Positions 42,101 through 56,256 of a stretch of DNA of 64,000 bases are shown here, in pieces. Below the pieces are notes generated by a model that did no database searches, had not been told where the DNA came from, and worked only from the letters and a program-made list of their open reading frames with translations. A program made the translations under genes and the position numbers. How positions within the stretch are numbered: position 1 is the stretch's first letter; every line of letters begins with the position of its first letter. Location of the stretch: positions 8,498,908-8,562,907 of the forward strand of contig CM119263.1 of NCBI GenBank assembly GCA_051294375.1, read 5' to 3'. Source of the stretch: Paraspadella gotoi (taxonomy: Eukaryota > Animalia > Chaetognatha).

Positions 42101-45100
42101 ATGAGAGAGAGAGGGATGAGAAGACAGGCAGGTACGACGAGGTGGAGAGAGAGAGGGAGTGAATTCAGGTTTGTACGGATGTTATTTTTTGATTTTTTTT
42201 GGGGGAAAAAAATGTTTCGTTATATATTATAAACTGTATATCTGTGCATAGCGGAATCTAACGAGTTTGGATTTTTAATAATTAATTATTACCCAAGGCA
42301 ATAAAAGTTCATTCCGATTCGGGAAAAAATGACAGCTCTAAATATATGCGAGTCGCTTTTATCAACTTTGCACTTGCGAAGGAAATTAAACTGACATGGG
42401 CACTGGGTCTGTTTACTTTTCAAAAGCGCCCATTTCAGGTTCCCAGTTTGATTTGGGCAGTTCGGGGATTTGGTGTTATTGTTTATTGGGGTTTAGGGAT
42501 TAAGGATGTTTGTATTTGGGGTTAAAAAGTAAAGTTAGTGAAATTAAGGGCATTAGGTTAAGCAGTTAGGTTAAATTAACAATGGAAAGTCGATCACCAA
42601 ATCATTTAGGGCTCCCACACCAATATATTTAATATTAGATCTTCAAGTTCAAAATTATAGTGCAGTGGATTAGGAACAGAACAATGAAACCCCATTCTTT
42701 GGAATAATCTAGGTTTGTCCTGATCTTATCTCAGCTCTAAAATCGCTTCCGGGACAAAAAATATTCGCGCGGGTTAATCTTTGATCCGACCGAATCATGG
42801 CCCAACCTGGCGTTCGTGCAATATGTCTATATTCGGGTGTGGTTTGACTTTTAGGAGAAACATCGATGGAGAGGAGGAAACTTTACGGGTATTATTCAAA
42901 CTTATCTTTAACTTTCAGACGCTTTTTAGGGTTGCGACTCGGCGACTGGGGGAACAAATTACAAAATTACTTCTCCCATTGATTCGCTTATCTTTTCCCA
43001 TCGCAATTGTTATTTTTTTGGTTAATTCGTTTTTCTCTTCCCACAATTTTTTTTTTTTTCATCCTCATTATGCACTCTTCCTCATGCATATTTGTTTCTC
43101 TCTTTCCATCAAATTTGTTCTTCTATTACCCCAGATCTATTCGTTCATAATTCCCAGATCAACTTTATTTCTTTTCCCCATTATCTTCATCAATTACTCA
43201 TTTTTTCTCTTCTCATCAATTCGCTTTCTCTATTCCATCGATTTCGTTCTCTCATTCTTCACCATCTATCGCTCGTTACATTTCTTTCTCTTTCCATTCG
43301 GGATTCGCTTCTGTGTTCGACGCTCGGTCATTATCCGACGAATTCCCCAAAAAAAAAAAAAAAGGATTTTCCAGACTGAATATCCTCCAGAAATGCGCCC
43401 CATCTTTTGGGGCCAAACTGTTTGATTCTTCTTCTCTCTGATATCATTTTTTTTTAAAAAATCTTTTGTCACGACAATAGATTCTTTTTTTTTCAGGGTT
43501 GGGCCGGGGAAAGGGAAGGGGGGCGGCGAAGTCTCGTGGCATGTTGAGAGGGAGGGGAGAGCGTCGGGTTGTTGACGTATTGAGTTGTACTTGAGTATGG
43601 TTCGGCGCACGGCCATTTATAGCAAGAGGGTTGGGGAGTGTTTAAGAGAATGTATAGGCGAGGTGATCATGTGGGGTAGTATGAGAAGGCCAAAAGCCCT
43701 ACATTGTTTTTTTTTTTCGTTCGGTAACTCACGGCGATTCTCGTGGCCGGAGATGAAAGGAGAAAGACCCGGAGATGGGGGTTCAGGGTCAGAGGGGGAG
43801 AGGGCTACCGGAAAGTTCTAGAGACCATAGAGCCGAGACGCCGGAGAGGACAGTACCATTAAAAAAAAAAACTTGTCGGGGGATCGTGGATAATGTTCGT
43901 CCGAGGACCCGGGGCCTGTTGTACGGCCAGTCTTCGTCACGCGCCGGGCATCGAGCCAATTTTGCGAAGAGGCGGGTCATCCTCGCTGATGCGTGATATG
44001 TGAGCCTGGGTGGTGCCGTGTGACGGTGAGAAGAGATACTATTGTCAACATTTCTGATATCAGCTATGGCTAACGAATACCGGCTGGTACCAAATAAAAT
44101 GTAAATGAATCAGGGACAATGATTTAGATTTAAGTTGATAGATTAATAAAGATATAAAAAAAAAGTATTGAAAGACGGGCGGACTAAGGATTAAAAAAAA
44201 AACGAGGACAATTAGTCGAAGCTGCCCCATAGTTCTGTTGATTTAAAGTATTTTTACTCGAGGCAGTTGGATTGTGTCGCACCGTTTCACCCTTTGCCTG
44301 ATTAAAAAAAGGCACCCTGCCCTCTTCTTTAAAGGAGGCAGTAAACTTCGCTGGGTTGAAATAAAACACAAAAAAACGACTAAATTCGATCGAGATCAAA
44401 GAAATTAAGGGTCCAGCCGTTCGTGTCCCGCTGACTTCCGCCGATAGTCCACTTTTTTTTTGATGTTTGTAATTCGGCTTTTTTTTTTTTCTTCGCCGAT
44501 GGTTTCGGGTTTTTTTCGGCGACGGAGGGGGCGTTGTTTTTCGCGTGCCGTTCGTTCGTTTTCTTCACGGCAAGGGAGTTTTTCCCAATAGCGAAGTCCT
44601 TTGGGAATCCACTGATCGCTCCGCCCTTATTGCATCTATTACTCCAGGTATAAATGAAAAAAAAACCCATATACTATACCAATACGTACAAGTTAATTAC
44701 CTAAAAAAAAATAAAAAATAAAATCCAAAAAATCCAAAAAATTAAGTTATAATAATTGATATATCATGTCTACAACCACGCGACCGCTCACCGTCAAAAT
44801 AATTTTTAACGCCAATCACAATAAAGAACCATGGACACTTAAACCCCAAACAAACAAACACTCTGGTCCTACCTTTTTATTTCTGATCCAGGTGCAAAAA
44901 CATCAAACAATTAACCCAAGTTTGCAATAAATTGAAAAAAAACAAACAAACGTTAACTTTGAACGCCTGGGTGAAAAACCTGTTACCCGGATGAAGATAT
45001 AAACTGGTATTCATATGTTATTGGAACACTAAGTCTGACTGAAATAGAAGCATACAATATTGATCCGAATGAACAGCCCCAGAAAATAAGGGCAAAGCAA

Positions 45101-46143
45101 TACAAATAAAAAAATAAATAAATAAATAAATCGCTTCAACTCACATTCAGATCAATCAATCAATCAATCAATCAAATTCGACGAAACGGCTGATTTTTTT
45201 CTCTTTGCTTTGTGTTGGCGGCTGACGGCAAAAAAAGGTGTAGAGATTGACCCAGAATTCAAATGAGCAATCCACGCCGATTTCGACTCTCCTCTCTCTC
45301 TACTCTCTCTTCTCTCTCATCTCTCTCTCTCTCCTCTCTCTCTCACTTCTCATCTCTTCCCTCTCTCTCTCTCTCTCCTCTTGCCCATTCCTTAACGCTT
45401 CGGCAATAACAATCCGCAAGCCATAATCCCCCTCTCTCTCATGGATGCGTGTGATTCGCCCCTAACATTTTTTGATGATTCTAATCACCAAGACCGACTT
45501 TTTTATACCGGAAAGGAGTTGAAGCAGAGAGAGAGAGAGGAGAGAGAATGAGAGAGTGAGAGGAGAGAGATGAGAGGAGTACGACAGGAGAGGATGACGA
45601 TGGAGGAGTGGGTGAGAGAGATGAGAGATTCCTAGAGAGAAGAGAGATTAGAGAGGATAAAGATTAAAGGCGTTTGAACATGACCGCGTACTTAAATCTT
45701 TAGCGGTGCTACTTAAACTCGATCTTCCATCCAGGGAAAAATGTCAGATTGCACAACGACGTCGATACATAAATTTACAATCCTTTCACCAATATGACAA
45801 TCTAAAAAAAAAGCCATGGAGAAAGCCAAAGGCCGGATGAGATATCGCGGTTCAGCAATTGGTATTGTTTAATTTGGATTTGAGTTTTGGATCTTATTTT
45901 TAGGTTCAATTAGGTTTTGATTTTGATACCGTCAAATAAAACTAATGCGCACCCAGACTTCGAACAAAAAGTTTAAATCGTCTGGTTTTAGTTTGGGGTC
46001 AACTTGATCACACCAGAATAATTAAATTATTAAATTTAATTTTTTGAGACTCAGATTTTGATTTTCAATGCATATCTTCTTTTCCAGGGATTTAGCTTTT
46101 CTTCTCCGCCTGTCCAATTTTTTAGTGAAAACGGAAATCTATT

Positions 46144-46150
<7 letters not shown>
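39160..46150 (+). other. Error-rich second copy of 33130-39160, likely assembly artefact
   Basis: About 1 kb longer, dense single-base insertions, scrambled microsatellites, junctions in (CT)n, followed by an N-gap. Confidence 0.8.
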
Positions 46151-46225
<75 letters not shown>

Positions 46226-46273
46226 NNNNNNNNNNNNNNNNNNNNNNNNNAAGAGAGAGAGAGAGAGAAGAGA

Positions 46274-46316
<43 letters not shown>

Positions 46317-46420
46317 AGAGAAAAGAAGGGGGGTATTTCGTTCGTTTTGGTAAGTTGAAGGAAATCGAATTTTGTTTTTTCTCATTAGCGCCCAAAATGA
46401 TCGACCGAATAACATTCGAA

Positions 46421-46454
<34 letters not shown>

Positions 46455-48153
46455 TCATCAGCATCGTCATCATCTTCGTAGTCGGGTTTTTATTAATTAA
46501 TTGATATATACTATAATAGATGTTTAAAATATGAAATCCTTGCTGATTAACTTAAGATAACGAAAGACTAGGAAAGAAATAACTAAATTTATAAAGAAAA
46601 AAAAAGTAATAGAGAAAAAGAGAAAAAAATAATTAATTAATGAAGGCGAGAAAGAAATAAAGAAATAGGGAAAGAAAGAAAGAGAAATGAGGAAAGAAAG
46701 AAAAGCATTCGGTTTTATAAACAAAAGGAAGAAGATTTTGTTGTGACGTTCGCTTCTTTTGCCTCTTCATTGACGACGATGACGACGACGACGACGACGG
46801 TGATGATAAAGACGATCGCGAAGTTGACGACTCTGACGATAATGAAGATTGGGACGATGAGAGGCCCTTCATTGTGGGAAGATCGAAAGATGAGCGCGAA
46901 ATTAGAGAACTTCGTCATAATGACACGAATGACGAATGATAGATTATTATCATTAAGATAATAAAGATGAAGATGACATGATGATGATTGCGATGATGAT
47001 GACGAAAATGATAAAGAAGCTGATGGTAAAGATAAAAATAACGCCACGAAATGTTAACAATGATTATGATTATGATGATGAAGATGACTTGTAGATGATG
47101 ATGATAATAAATTATGATAATGATGATGAAGATGACGTGATGTTTACGATGATGATGTTAATCATGAAAAAGAAGCTGATGATAAAGATAAAGATGACAG
47201 ATGATGCTGATGGTGAGGACGACGATGACGATGACGATGATGATGTGATAGAACAAAGGGATCGAGAGACTCGAACGATCGAATTCTCAAGAAGACGATG
47301 AGACTCGTTTCTTGGGAAGAAGGGGATCACGTGACCGGAGAGATAGGGTAGGCAGATAGGAAAGGGTTTTTAGAAAGGGGAGACTAAGAGAAGAAGGGTG
47401 ATAGGGAAGGGTGATTTGTTGGAAACTGAAGGGTGATTGGGAGAACTTCTTGTGAGAGAGGGACTTGTGAATAGGTAAGGAAGATCTCAGGAAGAGTGAC
47501 TACAAATAGGGTGAAGTGATATAACGAAAATCGAAGGAGTGACTCGGGAGGTGACTCGGGAGACAAAAAAAAAACATAAAAGATGTATATGTTATATATC
47601 ATTCATGATCCTACAAATTCGAACATTCAAGATTCCCCGATCCAGAAAAAAAGAAGAAAATTCTGGAAGAGAACCAGGCGTCCAGACATTCTTTGCCCGC
47701 TGGACCGGTTAAGCCTCCTCACCACCGCCTGCCCACTCCGCCCCCGCAGCCTTTTAAATCTCCGTTCCCTGACCCAACCCAGACCTTGCCCCCCNNNNNN
47801 NNNNNNNNNNNNNNNNNNNNNNNNNNNNNNNNNNNNNNNNNNNNNNNNNNNNNNNNNNNNNNNNNNNNNNNNNNNNNNNNNNNNNNNNNNNNNNNNNNNN
47901 NNNNNNNNNNNNNNNNNNNNNNNNNNNNNNNNNNNNNNNNNNNNNNNNNNNNNNNNNNNNNNNNNNNNNNNNNNNNNNNNNNNNNNNNNNNNNNNNNNNN
48001 NNNNNNNNNNNNNNNNNNNNNNNNNNNNNNNNNNNNNNNNNNNNNNNNNNNNNNNNCCTCTTATATAAATACATTTTCCGGATTTTTTGCCCCCAAAACT
48101 TTTTATTTTTTTGATGCCGAACGAAGATACCTAGGCGGGGAATTTGGCGAGGT

Positions 48154-48184
<31 letters not shown>

Positions 48185-48362
48185 TGGTCAATGAAATTGT
48201 CCAAGTCTGTTAAGCTTCACGGGAAAAGTAGAAGGGGAGTTTGAAAAATACGAAAAGAGAAGGGATAGGGAACAGGGAAGAGGAAAGCTAAATATAGTCC
48301 AGAGCTGGGGAACCAATTAAAATGTCACAAAGACTCTTATCTGAACGCCAAAGTCGGTCCCG

Positions 48363-48416
48363 CCATTGCCATTGCCATTGCCATTGCCATTGCCATTGCC
48401 ATTGCCATTGCCATTG
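48363..48416. repeat. (CCATTG)9 hexamer microsatellite
   Basis: Direct observation. Confidence 0.95.
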
Positions 48417-48535
48417 GTCAGAAATGACAAGAATGAGCAGTGGTATCGTTGGAGGAGAGAGTCTGGGAGGAGTTCTTTTTTTCGGATCTTGGCACACGAT
48501 GAGAAGTTGTATGCGTAACTTTCTTTTTTGTTTTT

Positions 48536-48566
<31 letters not shown>

Positions 48567-49260
48567 NNNNNNNNNNNNNNNNNNNNNNNNNNNNNNNNNN
48601 NNNNNNNNNNNNNNNNNNNNNNNNNNNNNNNNNNNNNNNNNNNNNNNNNNNNNNNNNNNNNNNNNNNNNNNNNNNNNNNNNNNNNNNNNNNNNNNNNNNN
48701 NNNNNNNNNNNNNNNNNNNNNNNNNNNNNNNNNNNNNNNNNNNNNNNNNNNNNNNNNNNNNNNNNNNNNNNNNNNNNNNNNNNNNNNNNNNNNNNNNNNN
48801 NNNNNNNNNNNNNNNNNNNNNNNNNNNNNNNNNNNNNNNNNNNNNNNNNNNNNNNNNNNNNNNNNNNNNNNNNNNNNNNNNNNNNNNNNNNNNNNNNNNN
48901 NNNNNNNNNNNNNNNNNNNNNNNNNNNNNNNNNNNNNNNNNNNNNNNNNNNNNNNNNNNNNNNNNNNNNNNNNNNNNNNNNNNNNNNNNNAAAAAAGGAG
49001 TTTGACAGAAATTGTTTTTTCCTCGAAAAAAAGGAGACAAAGAACAAAAAAATACGAATATTTCGTTTAAATTAAAGACACGAAAGCGACCGTAAAGACT
49101 CCGGAAAATAAAAATGAATTACGTATTTTTTTGAATGCTATTCTTTTTGTCTGGAAGCCGGAAATTCTTTTTCCACAAAAATGACGTCGCATTGCATTAA
49201 AGGAAAAATTTTAAATCATTTACAGTTTATCGTTATAGTTTTTAAAGTTATTAAATAAAA

Positions 49261-49584
49261 TAATTGTTTCCATACGTGCAATACATTTATTATAATAAAT
49301 AGCATAATCCATAATGTGAAGTTGTTAAATTTAAATTTAACTAGGAAACTATATATTTTATTAGATCTAGAGGGATATTTTATTTAAAAAAAATAAAAAA
49401 TAACTCGAAAAAATAAGGTTGATGAAAAAAATGCCTCGATTTCGAACTGATTGTCGGCTTTTCATTTGTTTCATGCGGGTTTCGAATCCTTTGACCTTTA
49501 TGTCCATTATGCCTCCTCAACAACTTCACATTATGGATTATGCTATTTATTATAATAAATCTTTTGCACGTATGGAAACAATTA
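49261..49584. repeat. Fold-back with about 65-bp arms
   Basis: taattgtttccatacgtgcaa...ataatgtgaagttgtt vs caacttcacattatgg...gcacgtatggaaacaatta. Confidence 0.85.
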
Positions 49585-50414
49585 CTGGTGACTTATTTCG
49601 CCGAATTCTACCGCAAACCAAATTTAAACGTCAGGTCTCGGATTTTGCATTATTTTGTTTCTTTCAGGTTTATTTTTAAATCTATTATTTCTTTCTTTTT
49701 TAATTTTAGAATCTTTTCTTTTTATTTCGGACCTTCTTCCATTCTTGGGTCTTCACTTCACTTCACTTCAGCAAATAAAAACATTTCCCTTATCCTGTCA
49801 ACGCAACGCCATTCGTTCAGTTCCGTAAAACGAGTGCAGGCGATAGCTTGTCAAAATGTATAATTATATAATATATATTTATTGTATGCATATTGCATAA
49901 TGATTTGAAAACCCGATATTTTTTTAAAACCATTAAAGCGAACGAAAATATGTGAACCAGCTAGCAACACGCGACTTCTCATTATTAAATTTGTTATTCA
50001 AAACTATTTCTTAATAGAAACTAACGAGTAACAAAAGAAAACTAAAAGAATAAAGAAACCACGAGAGAATTTTTGAACAATGAAACAAAAGAGAAATTCT
50101 TTAGAAAGAAAAATCGATGGGATTCGATCCGTAGCGTAAGACTTTTGTGTCACTCGCAAAGACGAACGGAGCAAGAGACGAAGACTNNNNNNNNNNNNNN
50201 NNNNNNNNNNNNNNNNNNNNNNNNNNNNNNNNNNNNNNNNNNNNNNNNNNNNNNNNNNNNNNNNNNNNNNNNNNNNNNNNNNNNNNNNNNNNNNNNNNNN
50301 NNNNNNNNNNNNNNNNNNNNNNNNNNNNNNNNNNNNNNNNNNNNNNNNNNNNNNNNNNNNNNNNNNNNNNNNNNNNNNNNNNNNNNNNNNNNNNNNNNNN
50401 NNNNNNNNNNNNNN

Positions 50415-50450
<36 letters not shown>

Positions 50451-50639
50451 CAGCAATTGCTTTTAATCGTTGCGTTGGCGATGTATCGTCCGTCCCCTCG
50501 CTTAAATAATAAACTGTTAAACTTATAACATTTTTCCCAACCTTTAACGAGTGACAAATCAATTTCCGGACAATCAAGATTGAGTTAGAAAGGGTGCGAG
50601 TGAGAGAGTGAGAGGCTGCTCATTGCTAATGAAAGAAAA

Positions 50640-50830
50640 CATTATAAATAAAAATACAGTGGGAGTGTGAGAGAGACTTGATTTAAGGTTTGGAATGTCC
50701 TGCTATGTAAATAATAATTATATAGTAAATTGGAGACCTCAAAACACCACCTGTTTATAGTCAGGGTCTAGATAGCTTGTTTATCAACTTCATAGATAAT
50801 TTTTATTTTGGTTGTAACAATTTCTTATGA
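50640..50830 (+). repeat. Dispersed repeat family A copy
   Basis: gtgagagag.cttgatt...cctgctatg...agtcaggg...agatagctt...gataatttttat.ttggttgta.caatttc matches 15250-15412. Confidence 0.7.
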
Positions 50831-50986
50831 ATGAATGAATGAAAATTCAATTGAAACTTGATCGTTGCCGTGAGTCGTGAGTCGTGAGTCGTGAGTCGTG
50901 ACGATTTGAAACTTTAATTTTTGTGAATCAATGCATCGATCGTTTCATTTCTTTTTATCCGCTTATGTGTCATAATTCCTGTTAAA

Positions 50987-51096
<110 letters not shown>

Positions 51097-52629
51097 TTCA
51101 ATGAATAAACGCATTCATTATCTCTTGCGTGTCGCTAACCAAACAAACACAAAGAGCAAAAACAATATTTCTCCCTCTTTTTTTTTTAATTCCAAAAAAA
51201 AAGAACCCAAAAAATAATTTTCTATATTTTGGTTCTTAATTTTCTTTTTTCCCTTCGTAATTTCCTCGACGTCGAAGACACGAAGAAGGGGAATTAATGC
51301 GGACACATCGACACGGATAGACGGACAAGGATCGACTGAAGAGCAGTCAATCTATTATCGACAGGCGTTAACGTCATTAATTCATACTCATACACGTCAA
51401 TAGTCTCGTTCGCGTTTCGATTTATAATACATTTTATCGCTTATTAAGTGCGACATCACGAGAACGTTTTAATTTAAACTCCAATCATCGACTCGTTCCG
51501 ACGAAATTTTCGATGGACAAATGACAAATGTTGGGAAACCTGGAAAAAAACGGGTCCGAATCACGAAGAAAATGATAACAACATCTTTGTGATAAGTCAT
51601 ATCGTCATCATCTTGTATCTCCATTTATTATCGTTATCGTATTCGCTTCTGGCCACACATTTTTCGACCGCTTTTTTCTCCGTGGGTCGCGATCATTACT
51701 AAAATTATCGCCGAAAATTATTACTAAAATACGCATTGGGTTCATTTTTTTTGCTTCGACCGGGCAACATTCATCAAATGCAGTGGTCGGCGATGACAGA
51801 CGCGGGAGAGAAATGAAAAAAAAACTACATACGCATGGTCTCTCTCTCTCTCTCNNNNNNNNNNNNNNNNNNNNNNNNNNNNNNNNNNNNNNNNNNNNNN
51901 NNNNNNNNNNNNNNNNNNNNNNNNNNNNNNNNNNNNNNNNNNNNNNNNNNNNNNNNNNNNNNNNNNNNNNNNNNNNNNNNNNNNNNNNNNNNNNNNNNNN
52001 NNNNNNNNNNNNNNNNNNNNNNNNNNNNNNNNNNNNNNNNNNNNNNNCTCCCTTCTTTCTCTGTTGCCTTCGCGATCTCTTCCCTTCTAGAATCTGCTCC
52101 TATCTTATCAGTCTCTCCTCCTCCTCTTCTATCTCTCCTCGTCTCTTTCTGCTCTCTTCGGCTTCTCTCTTCTTCTTCTTTCTTTGCTCTCCTCCATCTG
52201 CTAACAGTTCTTTTTCATTAACGAGGCATGACGGTCAAGAAAAAGAGAGAAATGACGTTTGAAGTGACGACGATGGAAGACGACAACGCACGACGATGAA
52301 GACGAGACGAACGACGAGACGGATGGGACGACGGACCCCAGTACAAGAGGCCACCCACCAGAGACGAGGAAACAGAGAGAAAGAGAGAGAGACCGAGAGA
52401 GAGAAGAGAGAGAGAGGAGAGGAGAGAGAGAGAGAGAGAAGAGAGAGAAGAGAGAGAGCGAGAGAGAGAGAGAGTTGAAGTTTTGACAGGAATCGAGAGA
52501 GGAGGGAAGGAAGAGGAAGAGGAAGATGAGAGAAGGAAAAGCAGGGAGGAGTTAGAAGTAGAGAAGAAGAAGAAGAAGAAAGAAGAAGAAGAAGAGAGAA
52601 GAAGAAATGAAATTTATTTTCTTCCTTAT

Positions 52630-52880
52630 TTTTCGCCGCTTCGATTGGCTTGAAAAGTGCGACCGTTTGTTGACCGCGTGTGACCGGTCACACTCGGTCG
52701 CACGGGAAATTCTTGTTGACTGCTTGTGACCGTTGTGTGACCGCCTTGTGACAGGCTGTGACTGCTTGTGACCCGCTTTGACGAGGCAGTGACCAGGCTC
52801 CATTATTGGTCTCGAAATATAAAGAAGAAGTGACCGCAGATTTCTATTGGTTCATATTTGTTGAATTACGATTGGTGGCT
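52630..52880. promoter_or_regulatory. TGAC(C) motif array plus four ATTGG (reverse CCAAT) boxes
   Basis: About 12 tgac motifs at roughly 11-bp spacing, palindrome gtgtgaccggtcacac, attgg at about 52645, 52805, 52846, 52871. Confidence 0.3.
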
Positions 52881-53265
52881 TTTTCTTTAAACTTAAACCT
52901 TTTTGTTAAATCTTCATTTTAAATATTTAAATAAAAACTAAAGAGTGCGCTAGAGATTCTTTTAAGTTTTCTAAATTCTTTTATAAAAACAGGAAAATAG
53001 CTACAATTTCTTTGCTTTTAAAATTAACTCTTTATTTTAAAAAAAATTCGACATTAAAATTTAAATTCATGTAATTAAATAATTAATTAAAAGAATTTAA
53101 TCTATAGTTAAAAAAGCTTAATTACACTCAAATTCAAGTAAAAATGTAATAAAATTATAATTAAAAGAATTAAATTTATAAGTTAAAAAGTTAAAATTCT
53201 ACACTCAAATTCAAGTAAAATGTTAAAGTGACAAAGAGAGATAGAGATAGAGATATAATATATAA

Positions 53266-53307
<42 letters not shown>

Positions 53308-54901
53308 ATTAATGACAAAAATCTTTGAACAAACAATTACCCTCCCATAAATTTTTTACAACTGGTTTAAGATGGATGAGTCTCTCAACCTGAAAACCTA
53401 AAGATAGAGACAACAACAACTGGATTTTATTTTCTTTTATTTAAAAAAAAAAAAGAAACTGAAATCATTTTCGGGTCAGGATTATGAACCCCAAACATTT
53501 TTAGTAAAAGAAGAAATATACCACTATATTACAGGTTTGCAAAAATGAATAACATATATGATTTGCTCCAACAGTGTTGATTGAAACAGATTAGAAAATC
53601 TCAATAAATATATAAGAATAAAAATAAAAATAATTCTACTCGACATAGCACCTTTCCAGTTATTTAGGCTTGAGTACTAAGATTATCTCCTAAGATATTT
53701 ATATTGCGACAATAGAAAGACAAGATAGCAGGTATATCGAACTCACAATTTTTTTTTTTCGAGTACTATAAAAAAGATTACACCGCGGCTGTTCTGACCA
53801 ATAATCATTTTTAAATTATTTATGAACAAACTTTATAATTTCATTTATCTTCAGCTTTTTCAAGCGTGGNNNNNNNNNNNNNNNNNNNNNNNNNGAGAGA
53901 GAGAGAGTGACACACACCGAGAGAGACGAAATTCCATCGAAAAGGAAAGCTTCGGAAAAAAAGGCTCATCGTATTTACTTCACAAAAAAAAAGAAAAAAA
54001 GAAAATAAAACCGTTTGACGTCACATGATTTTTTTAGTTCGTCGAATTCTTTTATCGCGCTATTTTGTTTGTATGTGACGCATCATCTAGACGAAATAAA
54101 AGAAAACAAAAGAGAATTTCAAAATAAAAAAAGAAGAAAAAAAAAGTGGTGGAACATCGCGAATCTCGATATTTTCCAGACTCTTCACGTGATGGAAAAA
54201 AAAACATGTTTCTCTTTATTCGAAAAACTGGAAACAATGCTGTTCAGCAAATATCATACTTATTACTTCATATGTTAAAGTTTAATTTCACGGAATCCTT
54301 TCACTATGAATCACCAAGTGAGTTCGATCCCAAGTTCAGGTTTATGGTTTCGTCACAAAATGAAATCGAATTTGTTACTCACGAATTTCGCAATCGCGAA
54401 TTTCACTCGAAATTTTTCACATAAAAATTTTCTTAATTCAATCGCACTGTATAACAAATTTTTTCATCGCCTCAAATCCCAAAGTCTTCGATCATAAAAT
54501 GATTTTTTTTTTGTTCGTCGCCTCGAATTTCTTTGTCTCGTATCTCGGAAGAAAAAAAAAGAAAGAAATTCTCTCCGCGGAAAAAAAGGGAAAAAGTTGG
54601 CGGACCGGAACCGAACGCGCGACCCTCAGGGCAAAGAGAGAGAGAAAAAAAATNNNNNNNNNNNNNNNNNNNNNNNNNNNNNNNNNNNNNNNNNNNNNNN
54701 NNNNNNNNNNNNNNNNNNNNNNNNNNNNNNNNNNNNNNNNNNNNNNNNNNNNNNNNNNNNNNNNNNNNNNNNNNNNNNNNNNNNNNNNNNNNNNNNNNNN
54801 NNNNNNNNNNNNNNNNNNNNNNNNNNNNNNNNNNNNNNNNNNNNNNNNNNNNNNNNNNNNNNNNNNNNNNNNNNNNNNNNNNNNNNNNNNNNNNNNNNNT
54901 T

Positions 54902-54933
<32 letters not shown>

Positions 54934-56215
54934 TCAAATATTAATTTTTAAAAATTTCCTATGATCGGCCTCACTATATGTCAATCAGTCAGTCTTTTTC
55001 TCTGTCTGTCTCGCTTAAACCCGGATCTGTGTGATACAATTTGGTCTCTTTTAGATGTCTGTATTCTTCTCCCTTCCGGACTTTCCTCGTTGTATCGCGG
55101 TCACCCGTTTCCTCAGACTGATGCAAGTTTTTTCTTTTCTTCATAATCAACTTCCAGTATATTCACTTTTTCCCCTCACGTGATTAATAATTCGTTCATT
55201 CACTTTTCTCACGACTTTTTTTTTTTTGAGTCTCAGATTTTTGTTTTCGACGGAAAAAAAAGGAGGATTTTTTTTCCCGAAGTCGAGTCACGAATTTCGA
55301 AGTCCGAACTCGANNNNNNNNNNNNNNNNNNNNNNNNNNNNNNNNNNNNNNNNNNNNNNNNNNNNNNNNNNNNNNNNNNNNNNNNNNNNNNNNNNNNNNN
55401 NNNNNNNNNNNNNNNNNNNNNNNNNNNNNNNNNNNNNNNNNNNNNNNNNNNNNNNNNNNNNNNNNNNNNNNNNNNNNNNNNNNNNNNNNNNNNNNNNNNN
55501 NNNNNNNNNNNNNNNNNNNNNNNNNNNNNNNNNNNNNNNNNNNNNNNNNNNNNNNNNNNNNNNNNNNNNNNNNNNNNNNNNNNNNNNNNNNNNNNNNNNN
55601 NNNNNNNNNNNNNNNNNNNNNNNNNNNNNNNNNNNNNNNNNNNNNNNNNNNNNNNNNNNNNNNNNNNNNNNNNNNNNNNNNNNNNNNNNNNNNNNNNNNN
55701 NNNNNNNNNNNNNNNNNNNNNNNNNNNNNNNNNNNNNNNNNNNNNNNNNNNNNNNNNNNNNNNNNNNNNNNNNNNNNNNNNNNNNNNNNNNNNNNNNNNN
55801 NNNNNNNNNNNNNNNNNNNNNNNNNNNNNNNNNNNNNNNNNNNNNNNNNNNNNNNNNNNNNNNNNNNNNNNNNNNNNNNNNNNAATATTAAGAAACAAAA
55901 TTCTTACTGATATAAAAGTTGTTTTTTTTCCCCAATTTTTTCAATTTGTAAGACTGACGAAAAGACGAAGGTAGACGGATAATGATTTTTTTTTTCTCGC
56001 AATGAGACAGAGAATATCAGGTTTTCCGAGAAAGTAAAAAGCCTGCGCCTTTTTTATTCCTTTTCTACGAGTGTTAATTATGCTAATAAAAAAATATGCC
56101 AATTAAAAATGTATTATAACCACCGGGATTGGCCGGCCCCCGCGAGCAAGGGCGGGTCTCTTTTTGGATCCTTGCCCGAGATAAAAAATGTTTTATGTAT
56201 ATGACTTTTTTTTGT

Positions 56216-56256
<41 letters not shown>

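Noticed and set aside
48288-48500. Poly-(HC) or poly-(WQ) protein
   Set aside because: Simple (CCATTG)9 repeat with no exon context
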